A stretch of 64,000 bases of DNA, from NCBI RefSeq assembly GCF_004010195.1, contig NC_057718.1, positions 101,218,629 through 101,282,628 of the forward strand, read 5' to 3'. Source of the DNA: Chiloscyllium plagiosum (Eukaryota). The position numbers were made by a program, and so were the translations under genes. Of the stretch, positions 38,140 to 51,859 are shown piece after piece (the stretch's first letter is position 1; every line of letters starts with the position of its first letter). The notes beneath the pieces are model-generated. The model worked only from the letters and a program-made list of their open reading frames with translations, had not been told where the DNA came from and made no database searches.

Positions 38140-38941
38140 ATGGAATACTGGTCTCCCTGCTATAGGATGCTGTGGAATTTGGAAGAGTTCAGAAAAAATT
38201 CACAAGAATGGGGTTGGGGTTTTGAGCTGTGGGGAGAGGCTAAATAGGCTGGGGCTATTTTCCCTGGAGTGGTGGAGGCTGAGGAGTGACCTTATATAAA
38301 ATTATAATGGGCATAGATAGGGTAAATAGCTTAGATACCAGTACAGTATGGAAACAGGCCCTTCGGCCCAACAAGTCCACACCGACCCTCCGAAGAGTAA
38401 CCCACCCAGACCCATTCCACTACCCTACATTTGCCCCTGACTAATGCACCTTACACTATGGGCAACTTAGCACCTGACCTGCACATCTTTGGATTGTGGG
38501 AGGAAACCGGAGCACCCGGAGGAAATCCATACAGACACGAGGAGAATGTGCAAAGTCCACACAGATAGTTGCCTGAGGCAGGAATCAAACCCAGGTCCCT
38601 GGCGCTGTGAGGCAGCAGTGCTGACCACTGAGCCACCGTGGACAAGGTCTTTTTCCCAGGGCGGGAGAGTCCAAACCCAGAGGGCATAAGTTTAAGGTGA
38701 GAGGAGAAAAATTTGAAAGGGACCTATGGGACAACTTTTTCCCACAGAGGTTGATGCATGTATGGAATGAGTTGCCAGAGGAAGTGGTGGAGGCTGGTAC
38801 AATTACATTTAAAAGGCATCTGGACGGGTATATGAAAAGGAAGGATTGAGAAGGATATGAGCAAGTGGGACTCGATTAATTTAGGATATCTGGTCGGCAT
38901 GGACGTGTTGAATGAAAAAGTCTGTGCTGTATGACTCTATG
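38140..38941 (+). mobile_element. CR1 3' fragment with nested HE1 SINE (38331-38640, minus)
   Basis: ERLNRLGLFSLEWWRLRSDL; tail atgactctatg. Confidence 0.85.
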
Positions 38942-39316
38942 TATAGACATTGTAGCTTTACTATTTTTTGAGGGAGGAAGAGAGAAAGGGCAAGACAGTA
39001 TTTAGAAATCCTGACGAAAGCCGACCATTTCTTGGGAAGGTGTGAAGATTCAATTATAAACCTACGTGGTTCCTGAATGGACTTTCAGTGTGACTATAAA
39101 ATGCTGCTGAGATATATGTACTTGGTAGATTGTGATTTAATGAGGCTATTTGACAAGTCAAAAACATACAAAAACCAGCCATTATTCCTGAGGTATGCTG
39201 TGCCTGTAAAGTAGGGAAAGGTAAATAAATAGAAAAGAACACGAGCTAATTTCTTCAGTATGAAATGGTTTGCATCTTATAAAAAAACCGTAAGTGCAAT
39301 ATTAACCAGCCCTTCC

Positions 39317-40239
39317 ATCAGGAGGTGACAGCAACGACTGCACTTTGCTGGTTAGAAAACACTGTCCTGTGATTAAAGGCACTACTCAAGCACAGAAACA
39401 GTAAAGTCCCATCATTCAGCACTTACCCCTCTCACATTCGCTTATTCGAGCTAAACATACTGTGATTTTATTTTTTGCCATCTGCGAATCCTATCCCCAG
39501 TTTTAGAGAAACAAAAATGATGGTGTCCCTCACAAGCACACTGTCTGAGTGGATTATTGAACAGTAACAAGCACCAAACAACCAGCCCAGTGATCTCCCT
39601 GTCCTTATCTGGGGCATGACCTTCATTGATGTCACAGTCTCAACTCAGCCCTGGTGTCCAGAAGCTGGGATTTTTCTGAACCACCTGCGTGATTTCTGCC
39701 ACCCCCATTTCTAGCCTCTGCAAAGTTGCCTCCCCACTGCACAGTTTGAATCCCCGGACTATTGTCATCCGGAGCCTTCAGCTCCCAGAGTCCAAACCTC
39801 TGAAGTTCCCGTCCTAAGTCTGCTTGGCTCTCCATCTCAACCCCCACTACCAACCCGCTTCCCCTTCAGATGATCGTTAAAACCATCAGCCCGAAAGTTA
39901 AGCTTCCTGGTCATCTGGCCTAATACCTCCAAAATGGCTAGCTATCAAATTGCTTTTTGATTGAATTCAAATTCCACCATCTGCCATTGTTACTGTTCAA
40001 TAATCCACTCAGACAGTGTGCTTGTGAGGGACACCATCATTTTTGTTTCTCTAAAACTGGGGATAGGATTCGCATATGGCAAAAAATAAAATCACAGTAT
40101 GTTTAGTTCAAATAAGCGAATGTGAGAGGGGTAAGTGCTGAACGATGGGACTTTACTGTTTCTGTGCTGAATAGTGCCTTTAATCACAGGACAGTGTTTT
40201 CTAACCAGCTAAGTGCAGTCGTTGCTGTCACCTCTTGAT
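39317..40239. repeat. Inverted duplication of 254 bp (39317-39570 vs 39987-40239)
   Basis: Arms align as reverse complements with about 8 differences by eye. Confidence 0.95.
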
Positions 40240-40744
40240 CGAACCCAGTCCCCAGAACATTAGCTGATTTTCTGGATTAGTAATCTAGCCTGGTCACCAC
40301 TGCTGTGGAACTCATTGTGGTGCATTACAACAATGAAGGCATGTTATTCTAAGACATGGGAGCAGATGTGGGCCGTTCAGCCCATCAAATCTGCTCCACC
40401 ATTCAACAAGACCATGGATGTTCTGATAACTTCACTTTCCAGCCCTTTCTCCATAACTCTTGATTTTTTTCCTGTCTTGTTGATATATATGATTCATACA
40501 TATTATTGACCTGGTGAGCTGATCCACAGCAAGGGCAAGAGAGATTTTCTGACTAATCTCTCAGCTTTGTCTTCCTCTTAATCCTTGTCGATGTTTACAC
40601 TGTGCACATTACAGTGCACTGCACAACTCATGATCGACTTGATAGATTTACCCATCGTGGAGGTAAGCAGACCACATTCAAAATTGTAGCATCCCTGCAG
40701 TGCAGAAAGATCCCATTTACACTGTCGAGTCACAAACCACACCT

Positions 40745-40981
40745 CTAAAGGGGATTCCACACAGACCCATGGCCCCTAATCTATCCCTGTAATTTAGCAT
40801 GGCCAATCCACCTAACCTGCACATCTTTGGACTGTGGGCAGAAACCAGAGCACCCAGAGGAAACCCATGCAGTCACAGGGAGAACGTGCAAACTCCACAT
40901 AGACCATCACCCAAGGCTGGAATCGAACCCAGGTCCTTGGTGCTGTGAGTCAGCAGTGCTAGCAATTGAGACACCATACCG
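40745..40981 (-). mobile_element. HE1-type SINE
   Basis: V-domain and tRNA head. Confidence 0.8.
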
Positions 40982-41039
40982 GTCATTTAACAGTGCTGCT
41001 ATATCATGAGTTCCACATCTTAATGTGCTCCTCATTCCT

Positions 41040-41250
41040 TGCACTCTCTCTCCCTGATTTACTTTTTCACTCAAAGCAGCATTTGAGTTCTGTCTCTCTG
41101 TTTCACTCTCTCTCTCACTCTTGTTGTTACTCTCTCTCTCACATTGTCTTTCACTCTCTCACCTTTTGTCTCTCTCACTCTTTGTGTCTCTCTCACATAC
41201 ACACACCCCTCTCTCTCACTCTCTCTCTTTCAGTCTCCCTCTCTCACTTT
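41040..41250. repeat. CT-rich low-complexity repeat
   Basis: Visible directly. Confidence 0.85.
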
Positions 41251-41800
41251 TATTAATCTACAAGTCAGTCTGGAAAAACTCTGCTAACAGGCTACCTAGA
41301 CTTTTATGTTTTTTCCTTGTTTTTACCTTTTATGTATTTTCGATGTTCTGTGTTGGTTCAAATTTTCATTTTGGGGAATGAAAGCTCAGCACCTTGCTTA
41401 TGCACCTACTTTTTAGGATCTATGTGGAATGAAACAGGAAATAGATGTAATGTCCAACTCATAGAATTGCAAGGGGAAGCTTCCCAGGGCTCTGTGACAA
41501 AGGTTTTAATAGAATGCTCTTTGAAAGAGTGAAGCCAGCACAGTGGATCGAATGGCCTTCTTAAGAGTGGTATCATCCTCAGATTCAATAATTTCGGTTG
41601 TGTTTCACGCGGGCATTTTTTTTATTGAAATGAGAACTGTTCAACAAATCGGGAGACTGAGAAAGCAGTGTTTCTGAAAGACTGCAACTTGGATTTCCAA
41701 ACTTTTTTTCCCCCCCTGCAAAAGGTGCGCTCAAGATGGGCAGCAAATGAACAAGGATTGATGAAACAAAGCCAGCATTGGAGCTCAATCTCTGCTAAAT

Positions 41801-42096
41801 GCCCGGCAGGGTGGCTCAGTGGTTAGCACTGCTTTCTCAGAGCAACAGTGACCTGGGTTCGATTCCAGCCTCAGGTGACTGTCTGCGTGGAGTTTGCACA
41901 TTCTCTCCATGTCTGCGTGGGTTTCCTCCCACAATCCAAAGATGTGCATGTTAGATGGATTGGCCATGGGAAATTGCCCATTGTGTCAAGAGGTAGGTGT
42001 TTTGGCCATGGGAAGTGTGAAGATACAGCGATAGGGTGGGGCTCCAGGTGGGATGCTCTTCAGTGGACCAAATGATAACTTTCCACACTGTAGGGT
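41801..42096 (+). mobile_element. HE1-type SINE
   Basis: gtggctcagtggttagcactgc...ggttcgattcc...gagtttgcacattctc. Confidence 0.85.
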
Positions 42097-42249
42097 TCCA
42101 AGATTTTGAATCTCACTTCCATGATGGGTAAATTATGGTCTCACTCTGATCTACAGCGTTACATTCCTGATTCTAAAGCAACCAGTTTATTTTTTAATTG
42201 TTTTCATGTTCCTACTTTAATCACTTTGCAAGTTTTATTTTACTTACAT

Positions 42250-42792
42250 TGCATACAGTTCTAGTCACCACCCGACTAGAAGGTTGTGGATGCTTTGGAG
42301 AGGGGACAAAAAAGGTTTACCAGGATGTTGCCTGGTATGGGGGGATTTTAGCTGTGAAGAAAGATTGGATAGACTGGGTTTGTTTTCACTGGAACGCAGG
42401 AGGTTGAGGGGCGACCTGATAGAAGTTTATAAGATTGTGAATGGCATGGACAGAGTGGAAAGCATGGGCTTTCTCCCAGGGTAGGGGGGGCAATTACTAG
42501 GGGACACAGGTTCAAGGTGTGAGGCTGGGGTAGGGGGATGTGTAGAAGAGATGTGTGAGGCAGGTTTTTCACACAAAGGGTGGTGCGTGCATGGAATGAG
42601 CTGCCAGAGGTGGTGGAAGCAGACACAACAGCAGCATTCAAGAAGTACCTGGATGAATATAGGAATAGGAAGGGAATAGAGGGATACAGATCCTGTAAGG
42701 GAAGACAGTTTCAGTATGGAAGGGCAAAACGTGTCGATGCAGGCTTAGAGGGCCGAAGGGCCTTTCCTGTGCTGTATTGTTCTTTGTTCTTA
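42250..42792 (+). mobile_element. CR1 3' fragment
   Basis: ERLDRLGLFSLERRRLRGDLIEVYKI; VRAWNELPEVVEA. Confidence 0.9.
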
Positions 42793-43184
42793 CATTGTGT
42801 ACAGATTCAACTTGTGGTACTTAAGGTGAAGTCATGGAACTTCAGTGTGTCCAACTTCCACATCATTTATAAAAATTATTTCACGGGGCATCGGCATATC
42901 TAGCTGGACCAGCATTTATTGCCCATCCCTAGTTGCCCCTTGAGAAGATGAGGGTGAGCTGCCGCCTTATATTGCTGCAGTCCATCAACAGTAGTATGTT
43001 GACCCACAATGCCATTAGGGAGTGAATTCCAAGATTTTGACCCAGAGACACTGAAGGAACGGCGATATATTCCCAATTCAGGGTGGAAACTCAGAGGGGA
43101 AGTTGCAGGTGGTGGTGTCCCCGTGTACCTGCTACCCTCGCCCCTCTCAGGAGTAGTGGTCATTGGGGCTGGAAAGGTGGTAGC

Positions 43185-43390
43185 TAACATAGAAATTGCT
43201 GGAAAGTCTCAGGTTTTCAGGTTGAGTGACCTTTCCTCTGAACCCCCCCAGTTCTGAGGAAGGGTCACTGGATCCGAAACATTAACTCTGATTTCTCTTC
43301 ACGGATGCTGCCAGGAGTGCTAAGTTTTTCCAGCAATTTCTGTTTTTGTTTCTGATTCCCAGGATCTGCAGCTCTCTCAGTTTTTATTTG
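43185..43390 (+). mobile_element. PLE fold-back element, family C
   Basis: gtt-CTGAGGA-a-GGGTC-actg-GATCC-GAAA-ca-tt-aac hammerhead-like core; arms agaaattgctgga / tccagcaatttct. Confidence 0.75.
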
Positions 43391-46300
43391 GTCTTGCCTC
43401 AATATCTGCTCTGACCTTGAGGGGAGATTGACTTTTAATCAGGAAGGGAAATCAAGGATTATGGGAAGAAGACAAGAATGTGGAGTTGAGGGTTATCAGA
43501 TTAGCCACGATCTCATTGAATGGATGAGCAGGCTTGATGGGCTGAATGGCCTTCTTCTGCTCTTGCGGCTTATGGTCTTATCTCCGACACTGGGAAGAAT
43601 GCTTTGGGATGTGCACTGGTTCTGAAAAGCGCTTTGCTCGTCAATTCATACAAAACAAAACCCTTAACATTTGGAAGATAATTCTTTTTCCTCGTCTTTC
43701 TTCTTTGAATGACTCTCTCTGTTCTGTCAGCATTATTGTATTTAATAACATTTCTATTTCAATTCCCACTTATCTATAAATTTCTCCTTCCTGTATTGTG
43801 AGAGAACAAAGGCTCATCGTTTACAATGCAGCTCCCCCCCTCCTTCTCAAGGGCGAATAGGAACGGGCAATAAATGCTGGCCCAGCCAGTGTCTCCCATA
43901 TCTCGTGAGTGATTTAAATAAAACACATTATGCTCTGAAGCTGCTTGTTTGCATTCACTGGTCCATGCTGGGGTTTATGCTTCATGTCACAATGAAGTGG
44001 GAAGGGGTTCAGTTGGTTTCCCCTCTTTATAAACCCTTCTCCATCACTCGGTACAAGATTTTTATTCTCAGCATGCGGTTGTCATAATTTCAATTAAACA
44101 TACTGGTCAAAATGAAGGAGGCTATAACAAGGTTTTCTTGAATAATAGGAGGAGGAATTTTGCCATCTACAAACCCCAAGAAAAAAACCCAGTAAAACGC
44201 AACATCCAACACACACACACAGATGCAGGTAGTAAACTCAAAAAGAAGAAACTGTACAGTACAGATAAGGAAGAATAAAGGCTATGCAGTTTATAATTGA
44301 CTAAAGGGATCACAAAGGGTATGGAATGAATGCAGGAGTGGGATACTGAGATTGCATGAGCAAGTATGATCATATTGAACCGTGGGGCAGGCTCGAAGGG
44401 CCGAATGGCCTATTCCTATACCTACTTTCTATGTTTCTATAATTCCTTAGAGTCCTTGAGATGTTCGATGTTTATCTTGAGACAACAGTTATTTAATGGT
44501 TGATTGACATCTTCAGTGCTAGCAGAATATGTAAGTATCTTTGAGTTCTCAATGAATTACCGTTTTCTCAATTTGCAATTTGACCAAGTGCTGCCATTCT
44601 AGGTGATATAGAGTGACCAGAGAGTGAGAGAGAGAGAGAAAGAGCCTTCCATGATGAATCTATCTTTCCTTCTCTCTAATTCGTTGGTCAAGAGCAGCAG
44701 CTGAAATTTACTTTGTTTGTATTTTCCCCAAGTCTGGCTCCAGTGTTCTTCCAAGCTGAACGATCTCTGGCAATCATTTCTGATATGTGCACATATTGGA
44801 CATCAAAGTGTGAACTAAAACAGGAGATGATAATTTCTTAACGGTGATTTGTTTCAATTTCTTTAGATAAAATGGTAATTCTAATGGGCGGGCAGATTAT
44901 TTTATTCCACCCTTTCTCCTGAATTTGCCACAATCTGTTGTCAGGTGATCACAGCAGCCATTTTAGGTCAATATTGCCCTTTTAGTTTATGAAAGGTCTT
45001 GGGTTTATCAATCAGACACTGCAAGTTAAAATTGAATAGCCCATTATTTACCACCATTTGTCATGACTCGTTAACCCTATCGCAGACTACCACCCTGCTG
45101 TTTCCACAGTCAAGACAAAAGTTACCATTTTTTTAAAAGGAATACACAAAATCCCGATTAAAATCCAGATTTTCAGACACATGGTTGATAGAAAATACAG
45201 GTAAGTAGGTAATTAAGTTCTAGCTGCAGGTAAGCAATTAAAATGAAGTAATCTCTTCAAATTAAAATGCTAAACCCCTCTCTCACATGCAGACAAACGT
45301 AAAGAAGGAAAAAGGCGCATGGGTGGATGGTAGCTCTGGTCCCAAGATCTGTTGGGTTGGATCTTGCTGATTCAAAGATTTCGCCTTGATCTTCCTTGAC
45401 CTTCCACTGGTTTACACGAGACATGGAGTAGCTGGCTCACTTATGAAAGTTCTCCGACTTATCCACTTTAAAGTTACAGCTTGCAGTGTCTGCTGTAGAA
45501 AAGGAAAATTGGTTTTCTTCAGGTTAAAAGTGGCTTACTGCAGAGAACTGAGAGAGTTTATTTTGGCTGCTGGCTTCTCTGGAGAAACTCAGGTCTGGCA
45601 GCATCTGTGGAGAGAAAGCAGAGCGAGCATTTTGAGTCCAGTGACCCTTCTTCAGGCTGTTCAGCTGCCCGACAACCTGTCGCATGGTTGTAGTTCATTG
45701 ATAATCGATACTGGTCTCCACCAATCAGCTTCACTCATAAGCAGCTCTGCGGATCCAGTTCATCTGCAAATCACTGGAACTCACAACCAGGGTTCACAAT
45801 AGATATCAAAATCCTAGTCTTCAAAACATACAGCCATCGTAATAAATCCCTGGGTTTAAACAATTCCTTCTCATTTACATCCAAAGTTTTAAAATTTAGC
45901 AAAATTGAAAGGACGCGGTTTTTTGCATATTGTTGCAACACATGATCCTCCCTGTCACCCTTCTCCATCCAACAATGTTAAATATCTGTTTGTTCCACCC
46001 TTGTGTTTTTATCTAAACTTCTTCCTTATCTCAACCACAGCGACCACATCCTGTCCTCTTGGGTTTTAGCTCTGAACCAATCTTCCCCAAAACCACAAGA
46101 CTCGACAGCTCCTGAGTCTCTCAATCCTCCTGGAATCTTGAAACTTTATTCATACAAACTTGGCGTCATTGATCCAACTCAAATCTTCTTGTCCTCTGTT
46201 CAGTCTCCCTAGCTGTTTACAGGTTTGGATCTTGGCGTTTCACTTACATTCCATAGCTAGAGAAAACATCAGTCCATTTTTACTCCCCTGACCAAAATGG

Positions 46301-47017
46301 AACGGAGAACAGGAGAGAGCTCAGATTGATGCTGTCACGGGCAACGGCTTTCGACATGCTAATTAATCCACAGCTGCAAATGTGTGTGCACCCCTGATTA
46401 ATACCTGGCTGTTACATGTTCAATCCATCACTTAGTTGTCCGCCGTCTCCAAATCTTTTCTGATGAACTGACAGTTTCAGATTACTAAAGCTCACCGATC
46501 TTCTGGCGATCAAGTAAATAACAGTATTTACGCTATAACCGTGTGACATTAAAATACTGCTTTCCTTCAAGGGCTCAACTATTCAAAACTTCAAAGGGGA
46601 AACCCTGCGCAAAAATAAAATTGCTTCTGTATTTTCCAATGAGTTCCAAAAGTGTTTTACTAAAAGCAGAAGACTGTAGATGCTGGAAGTCTGAAACAAG
46701 ATCTGAAAAATGCTGGAATGAAATCTCAGGCAACCTCGGTATCGAGGCAGAGATGGTATTGCAGCTTTGTGACCTTTCATCAGAACACAGGTTCTGCCTA
46801 AAATGGCTGAGCTTTCTCCATTTGTTTGTACTGGAAGGAACTCTGGAGCAGCCTGATGTCAGGAAAAGCGCAATAGAAATACAAGTTCATCCGTTCAGAA
46901 CTATTACCCATGTGAACTAAGGGAAAGGCTGTGAGTGCAAGGGAACTGTTAGGGAGAGAGTAGATGAGTCACAACTCTGTCTCAAGGTCGCTGCTGCATC
47001 AAAACTTGTGGATCACA

Positions 47018-47336
47018 CAATCCCTACAGTGTGGAAGCAAACCATTCAGTCCACGCTGCCCCTCTGAAGAGTATTCCACCCAGAACCATCTCCCCCACCC
47101 CCATCCCTGCATTTCCTATGGCTAACCCACATCCCTGGATACTACGGCCAATTTAGCAAGACCAATCCACCCTGACCTGCGCATCTTTGGACTGTGGGAG
47201 GAAACCGGAGCACCCGGAGAAAACCCACGCAGACACGGGGAGAATGTGCAAACTCCACACAGGCAGTCACCCGAGGCTGGAATCGAGCCCAGGACCCTGG
47301 TGTTGTGAGGCAGTAGTGTTAACTACTGAGCCACCA
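47018..47336 (-). mobile_element. HE1-type SINE
   Basis: V-domain and tRNA head. Confidence 0.85.
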
Positions 47337-49039
47337 GGCCTCTTCATGGAGTCCCAGCCCCCACTTTGGGAGACTGGTGTCCCTAATACCCATAGTGCTG
47401 AGATGGCCTAGAGAGACTGTAGCTGGAATGGAATTGTTACAGTTCTATCTGCAAGTTTGATCGTGCCATTACACCTGACATTCTCCACCCCAGAGGGATA
47501 TGGAAATTCAGTCATTCACTATGTATAAGACTGGGGTCAATAGATCCTAATTACAAATGGAAAGCATCAATGGACAAAGAGGTAGTGCATTAATGTGGTG
47601 TTGAGGTGTAGGATTAGCCATTGAACAGCCACGCAGCCTTAAAGACATGAAGGAGAGTCACTGGACCTGAAACGTTAACTGTTTCTCTCTCCACAGCTGT
47701 GTGACTTTTTCCAGCTTTTTCTTGTTCTTTTCAGATCTTCAGCCCCCACAGTTCTTCGTTCTGTTAGAGGGCCGTGTGACCTTCTGCTGCTCCTACTTCT
47801 GATATTTTTATGTGAACACAAAATAACATCAAATTTCTGCCTTGAAATCAGGGTCATATCTTTGTTTGACTTTAGCTTAAGTGTGCATTTGATAGACTCC
47901 AGGATACTCAAACCCCCTGAATCTATTGCTGATTGTGATTAGAGTGTCACCATTGAAACATATATTGATGATTTCCATTCCATTGACATAAAATAATTTC
48001 TTTTAAAAATGATAAAACTTCCTTTTTGCTTTCAAATATTGACTCCCAATGATTCCAGTTTTTATCTCTCAATTTTAATTATTTATGCAGGAATCACCTC
48101 CTCGGTTGAAAATTGTAAAGAGATTCATCAGGAATGAACCTATTCTTCTTGTGCACATAGAATTCCTTTCAGTAAAGCTTTAGTGTCTTCTATTTATTTT
48201 TCTCATGTATAGTCACTTAAAGGAATGCTTCTTCAGACTGTCCAGTCCTAGGGATTACTGTAACACTCATTTAACTTAGTAAATCTTTAGTTCGGAGATC
48301 AGCTCAAGGCGATAAGCAATCCTGTTAGTTTGGGATGGGAGGGGTGAAAGGTTAGCTCAACTCACTGGCCTGACGGTGAATGGAGGCAGACAGATGGGAA
48401 TGAGGGGAAATATTTGGGTCTTTGCTAAACTTACATTTTTGAAATACTGTCATACAGAACAAACAAAAGTCCCTGCTTTGTCAGGGAAAGACTGTTTGTT
48501 AGCTCATTCCTTTCCTGGCACCACCTAACGATCCTCACAGTGCCAGCTGAGACGTTGTGAGCTTGCCCGCAAGCCTCATTTTGAACTTTGAACCCTGAGA
48601 AAGATTGTGCGAACGGAGAACCAGGCGGTCAGGTCGGGACGAGACCACACACAAGCATCAAATCGTTTGCAGCAGGGCAGCCGCTGGCGGACTGAAGTTG
48701 TTTTAGTTTCTCATAACATTTTCTGGATGGTTCTTGTTGTCCCTTGCTGCTTTTAAAGATGCCTCAGTGTAGTTTGTGATTAAGTGATCACGCCTACCTA
48801 GATGTTCACATAATAATTCAAGCCACTGCATTTTGGGTGCAAGCTCAGAGAACAGGAGCTTTCCCACAATATTGAAATGGGAAGGTGATTCATCATTAAA
48901 ATGTAGAACGAGAATTTGTGTTTATTGTCACTTGTATTCAGTTATAGAAGTACAGTGGAAAATGTACAAAGTCACCATTCCTGGTATCTTAGCTACAAAG
49001 ACACCTTAGAACAAAGTCTTAGGTACAAAATCGAAAAAT

Positions 49040-49550
49040 ATTGATTGATTGTCACGTGTACCGAAGTACAGTGAGAAGCTTTGTTTATGAGCAGTACAGG
49101 CAGATCCTAGTATGCAAGGATGTACAGATCAGAGAGACTTAGACAGAGGCATACAGGTTACATTGTACAGGGTGTGCACTAGGGGAGATCAGCGTTAGAA
49201 ATTAGAGAGTCCATTCATCAGTCTAATAACAGCCAGGAAGAAGCTGTTCCTGCACCTGTTAGTGTGTGTGTGTGTTCAGCATTCTGCATCTTCTGCCTGA
49301 TGGAAGAGGTTGTAAGATAGCATTAGCGGGGTGCAATGGGTCTTTGATGATGTTGGCAGCCTTTCCACGGCAGCGAGCCGTGTAAATGGAGTCCATGGAT
49401 GGGAGGTTGGCTTTACACACCATCTTCTGTAGTCTCTTATGGTCGAGGGCAGAGCAGTTGCTATACCAGGCCGTTATACACCCGGACAGTATGCTCTCAA
49501 TGGTGCATCTGAAGAAGTTGGTGAGGGTCCTTATGGACATGCCAGAAATA
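49040..49550 (-). mobile_element. Rex1/Babar LINE 3' end
   Basis: GMSIRTLTNFFRCTIESILSGCITAWYSNCSA..LPSMDSIYTARC..AANIIKDPLHP..LPSGRR; tail gtacacgtgacaatcaatcaa. Confidence 0.85.
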
Positions 49551-49597
49551 AGTTCAACATTACCGTTCTTCTGTAGCCATGGGCCTACAGTCACTGC

Positions 49598-49828
49598 ACA
49601 CTGGGCTTTCCCCACAAGGGCTTGTTGTCTCCCCCACGCTCTACCCCGCACTGGGCAAGTTCTCCCCCACACTGGGCACACTCTTCCCCCACACTGGGTA
49701 CGCTCTCCTGCCCACATTGGGCACACCCTACCCCACACTGGGTACGCTCACCCTCAACACGGGGCACACTCTCCCTCTGCACAGGGCATGCTCTACCCCC
49801 ACATTGGGTATGCTCTCCCCCACATGGG
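49598..49828. repeat. C-rich minisatellite, ~20-22 bp unit (ccccacactgggcacactct)
   Basis: Roughly ten diverged tandem units. Confidence 0.85.
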
Positions 49829-50632
49829 GCTGAGTCCCTCAGCGTCTACCACCCTCCGGACTCAGCAGCCGCTTCTCTGCCAACTGTCAAAGTCCCACTG
49901 GCTCCAGCCGCTGCCACACCCCAGACTCCTACACCATCGCCGCTGCTGCTACCTTCACAACTGAGCTCTCTCCAGAAGGCAAGGAAAAGAAACGATGAAA
50001 CTAAACAAAAAGACAAGAATAGATGAGAAAAACAAAGGAAAAGTGGGCGGAATGCTGCCTATTTTGCCACTATCTCAATTTAATTAAAGGTTAGGACCAG
50101 CAGTAGGCCATTCAGCCCCTCAGGCCTGCTTCACCATTCTATAATACCATGGCCAATCTGCACCAGGCCTCAACACCTCTTCTGTGCCAGCACATCAAGG
50201 CCCTCAAGGTGAGCGGTTTTTGAAAATCCACCAGAAAGAAGAATCTTTCCTGAGGTGAAATTGTAAAGGAGAATGTTGCTTCGGGCTGTGGGGATAGAGT
50301 CTCTCAGCAATTCTCCTCCCTAGGTATTTTCAATAAAACCTGTTCAGATATTCAAACATTATGATATACCTCTGGAGCAGGTGGGATCTGAACCCGACTC
50401 TTCTGGTGCAGAGGTAGTGTATCCAGTTTTAGTCTGTTAATAGGAAGGATATTGTTAAGATGGAGAGGGTTCAGAAGAGATTTACCAGGATGTTGTTGGG
50501 TATGGAAGGTTTGAATTATAAAGAAAAGCCAGATAGGCTGAGACTTAGAGTCATAGAGATGTACAACATGGAAATGACCCTTCGGTCCAACTTGTCCATG
50601 TCAACCAGATATCCCAACCCAATCTAGTCCCA

Positions 50633-50851
50633 AGTTACAAATCACACAACACCAGGTTATAGTCCAACAGGTTTAATTGGAAGCACTAGCTTTCGGAGCG
50701 ACGCTCCTTCATCAGGTGGTTCATCACAACCACCTGATGAAGGAGCGGTGCTCTGAAACCTAGTGCTTCCAAATAAACCTGTTGGACTATAACCTGGTGT
50801 TGTGTGATTTTTAACTTTGTCCACCCCAGTCCAACACTGGCACCTCCAAAT
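50633..50851 (+). mobile_element. PLE fold-back mini-element, family B
   Basis: Near-TSD caatctag(t/a)ccca at 50620-50632 and 50852-50864; near-perfect arms. Confidence 0.9.
50684..50718 (-). ncRNA. Minimal type I hammerhead ribozyme motif, family B
   Basis: Minus strand reads cac-CTGATGA-a-GGAGC-gtc-GCTCC-GAAA-GC-TA-gtg: stem I cac/gtg, 5-bp stem II, palindromic AGCT stem III. Confidence 0.8.
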
Positions 50852-51859
50852 CAATCTAGACCCACCTGCCAGCAGTTAGCCCATATCCCTCCAAACCCAC
50901 TCCTGTTCATTTACCCATCCAGATGCCTTTTAAATGTTGCAATTGTACTTGCTTTCCTTTTGCTGGAGTGTAGGAGATTGAGAGGTGATCTTATAGAAGT
51001 TTATGAAATCCTGAGGGGTATAGATAGAGTTATTGGTAGTCGTCCTTTCCCCAGGATGGGTGAGTTCAAGTTGAGGGGCCACACTTTTAAATTGAGAGGA
51101 GAAAGATTTTAAAAAGACATGAGGGGAAATTCTTTACACAGAGAGTCGTTCATGTTTGGAATGACCTTCCTGAGGAAGTGGTGTATGTGGGTACAATTAT
51201 AAAGTCAATGAGACACTTAGTACACGAATAGGAAAGGTTTGTAGAGGTATGGGCCAGGAGCTGGGAGATGGGACAAGTTTAATTTAGGATTATGTTCGGC
51301 ATGGACTAGTTGGATCAAAGGGTTTGTTTCGTGCTGTATTACTCTGACTCTAATAAAACATAAAAATCATGTGCCAAATTTCTGTGAACAGGTAGCACAC
51401 CAGCTTTGTACCATTGTCTCAATTAAACAATCTGACCTCCAGTGGTCCTTGAGTGGATACCTTGCAGAATGATGATAAAACAGAGTCTTAAAATAAACGA
51501 TCAGTTCAGAATGAGGGAGATAAATCTTAACTGTAAATACATTTTAAAAGATCTGAAAATCTGAAAAGCCCAAAAAAGCAATCAAAGCTAACACTCCACT
51601 CTCCACTGTGAGGATGCTGCGGAGTCAGAGGTGCTGCTTTCTCTTATGACATTTTAAACTGAGACTCAGTCTGTCCTTTCGGGTGAACATAAATGATTCC
51701 AGTTTGCAAAGAAGAGTTCTCCCAGCTCCCCCTGGCAAATATTTAACCCCTGATCAATATCATAAAAAAAAATTATTTGGACATTATCATGCATCTGCCT
51801 GTGAGAATGTAAATTAGCTGTTGCAATTCCTGCTCTGGAGTGGTTGCAAAGTACCAAGA

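Larger units (their letters stand above)
50420..51350 (+). mobile_element. CR1 fragment containing an opposite-strand CR1 3' end (~50545-50950), which itself contains a PLE hairpin
   Basis: gagggttcagaagagatttaccagg; LECRRLRGDLIEVYEILRGIDRV; three-level nesting. Confidence 0.85.

Noticed and set aside
45059..45945. Possible solo LTR starting tgtcatgac
   Set aside because: No convincing matching end, TSD or second copy in the window
49598..49828. Short repeats resembling a CRISPR array
   Set aside because: No unique spacers, eukaryotic context and no cas genes; it is a minisatellite
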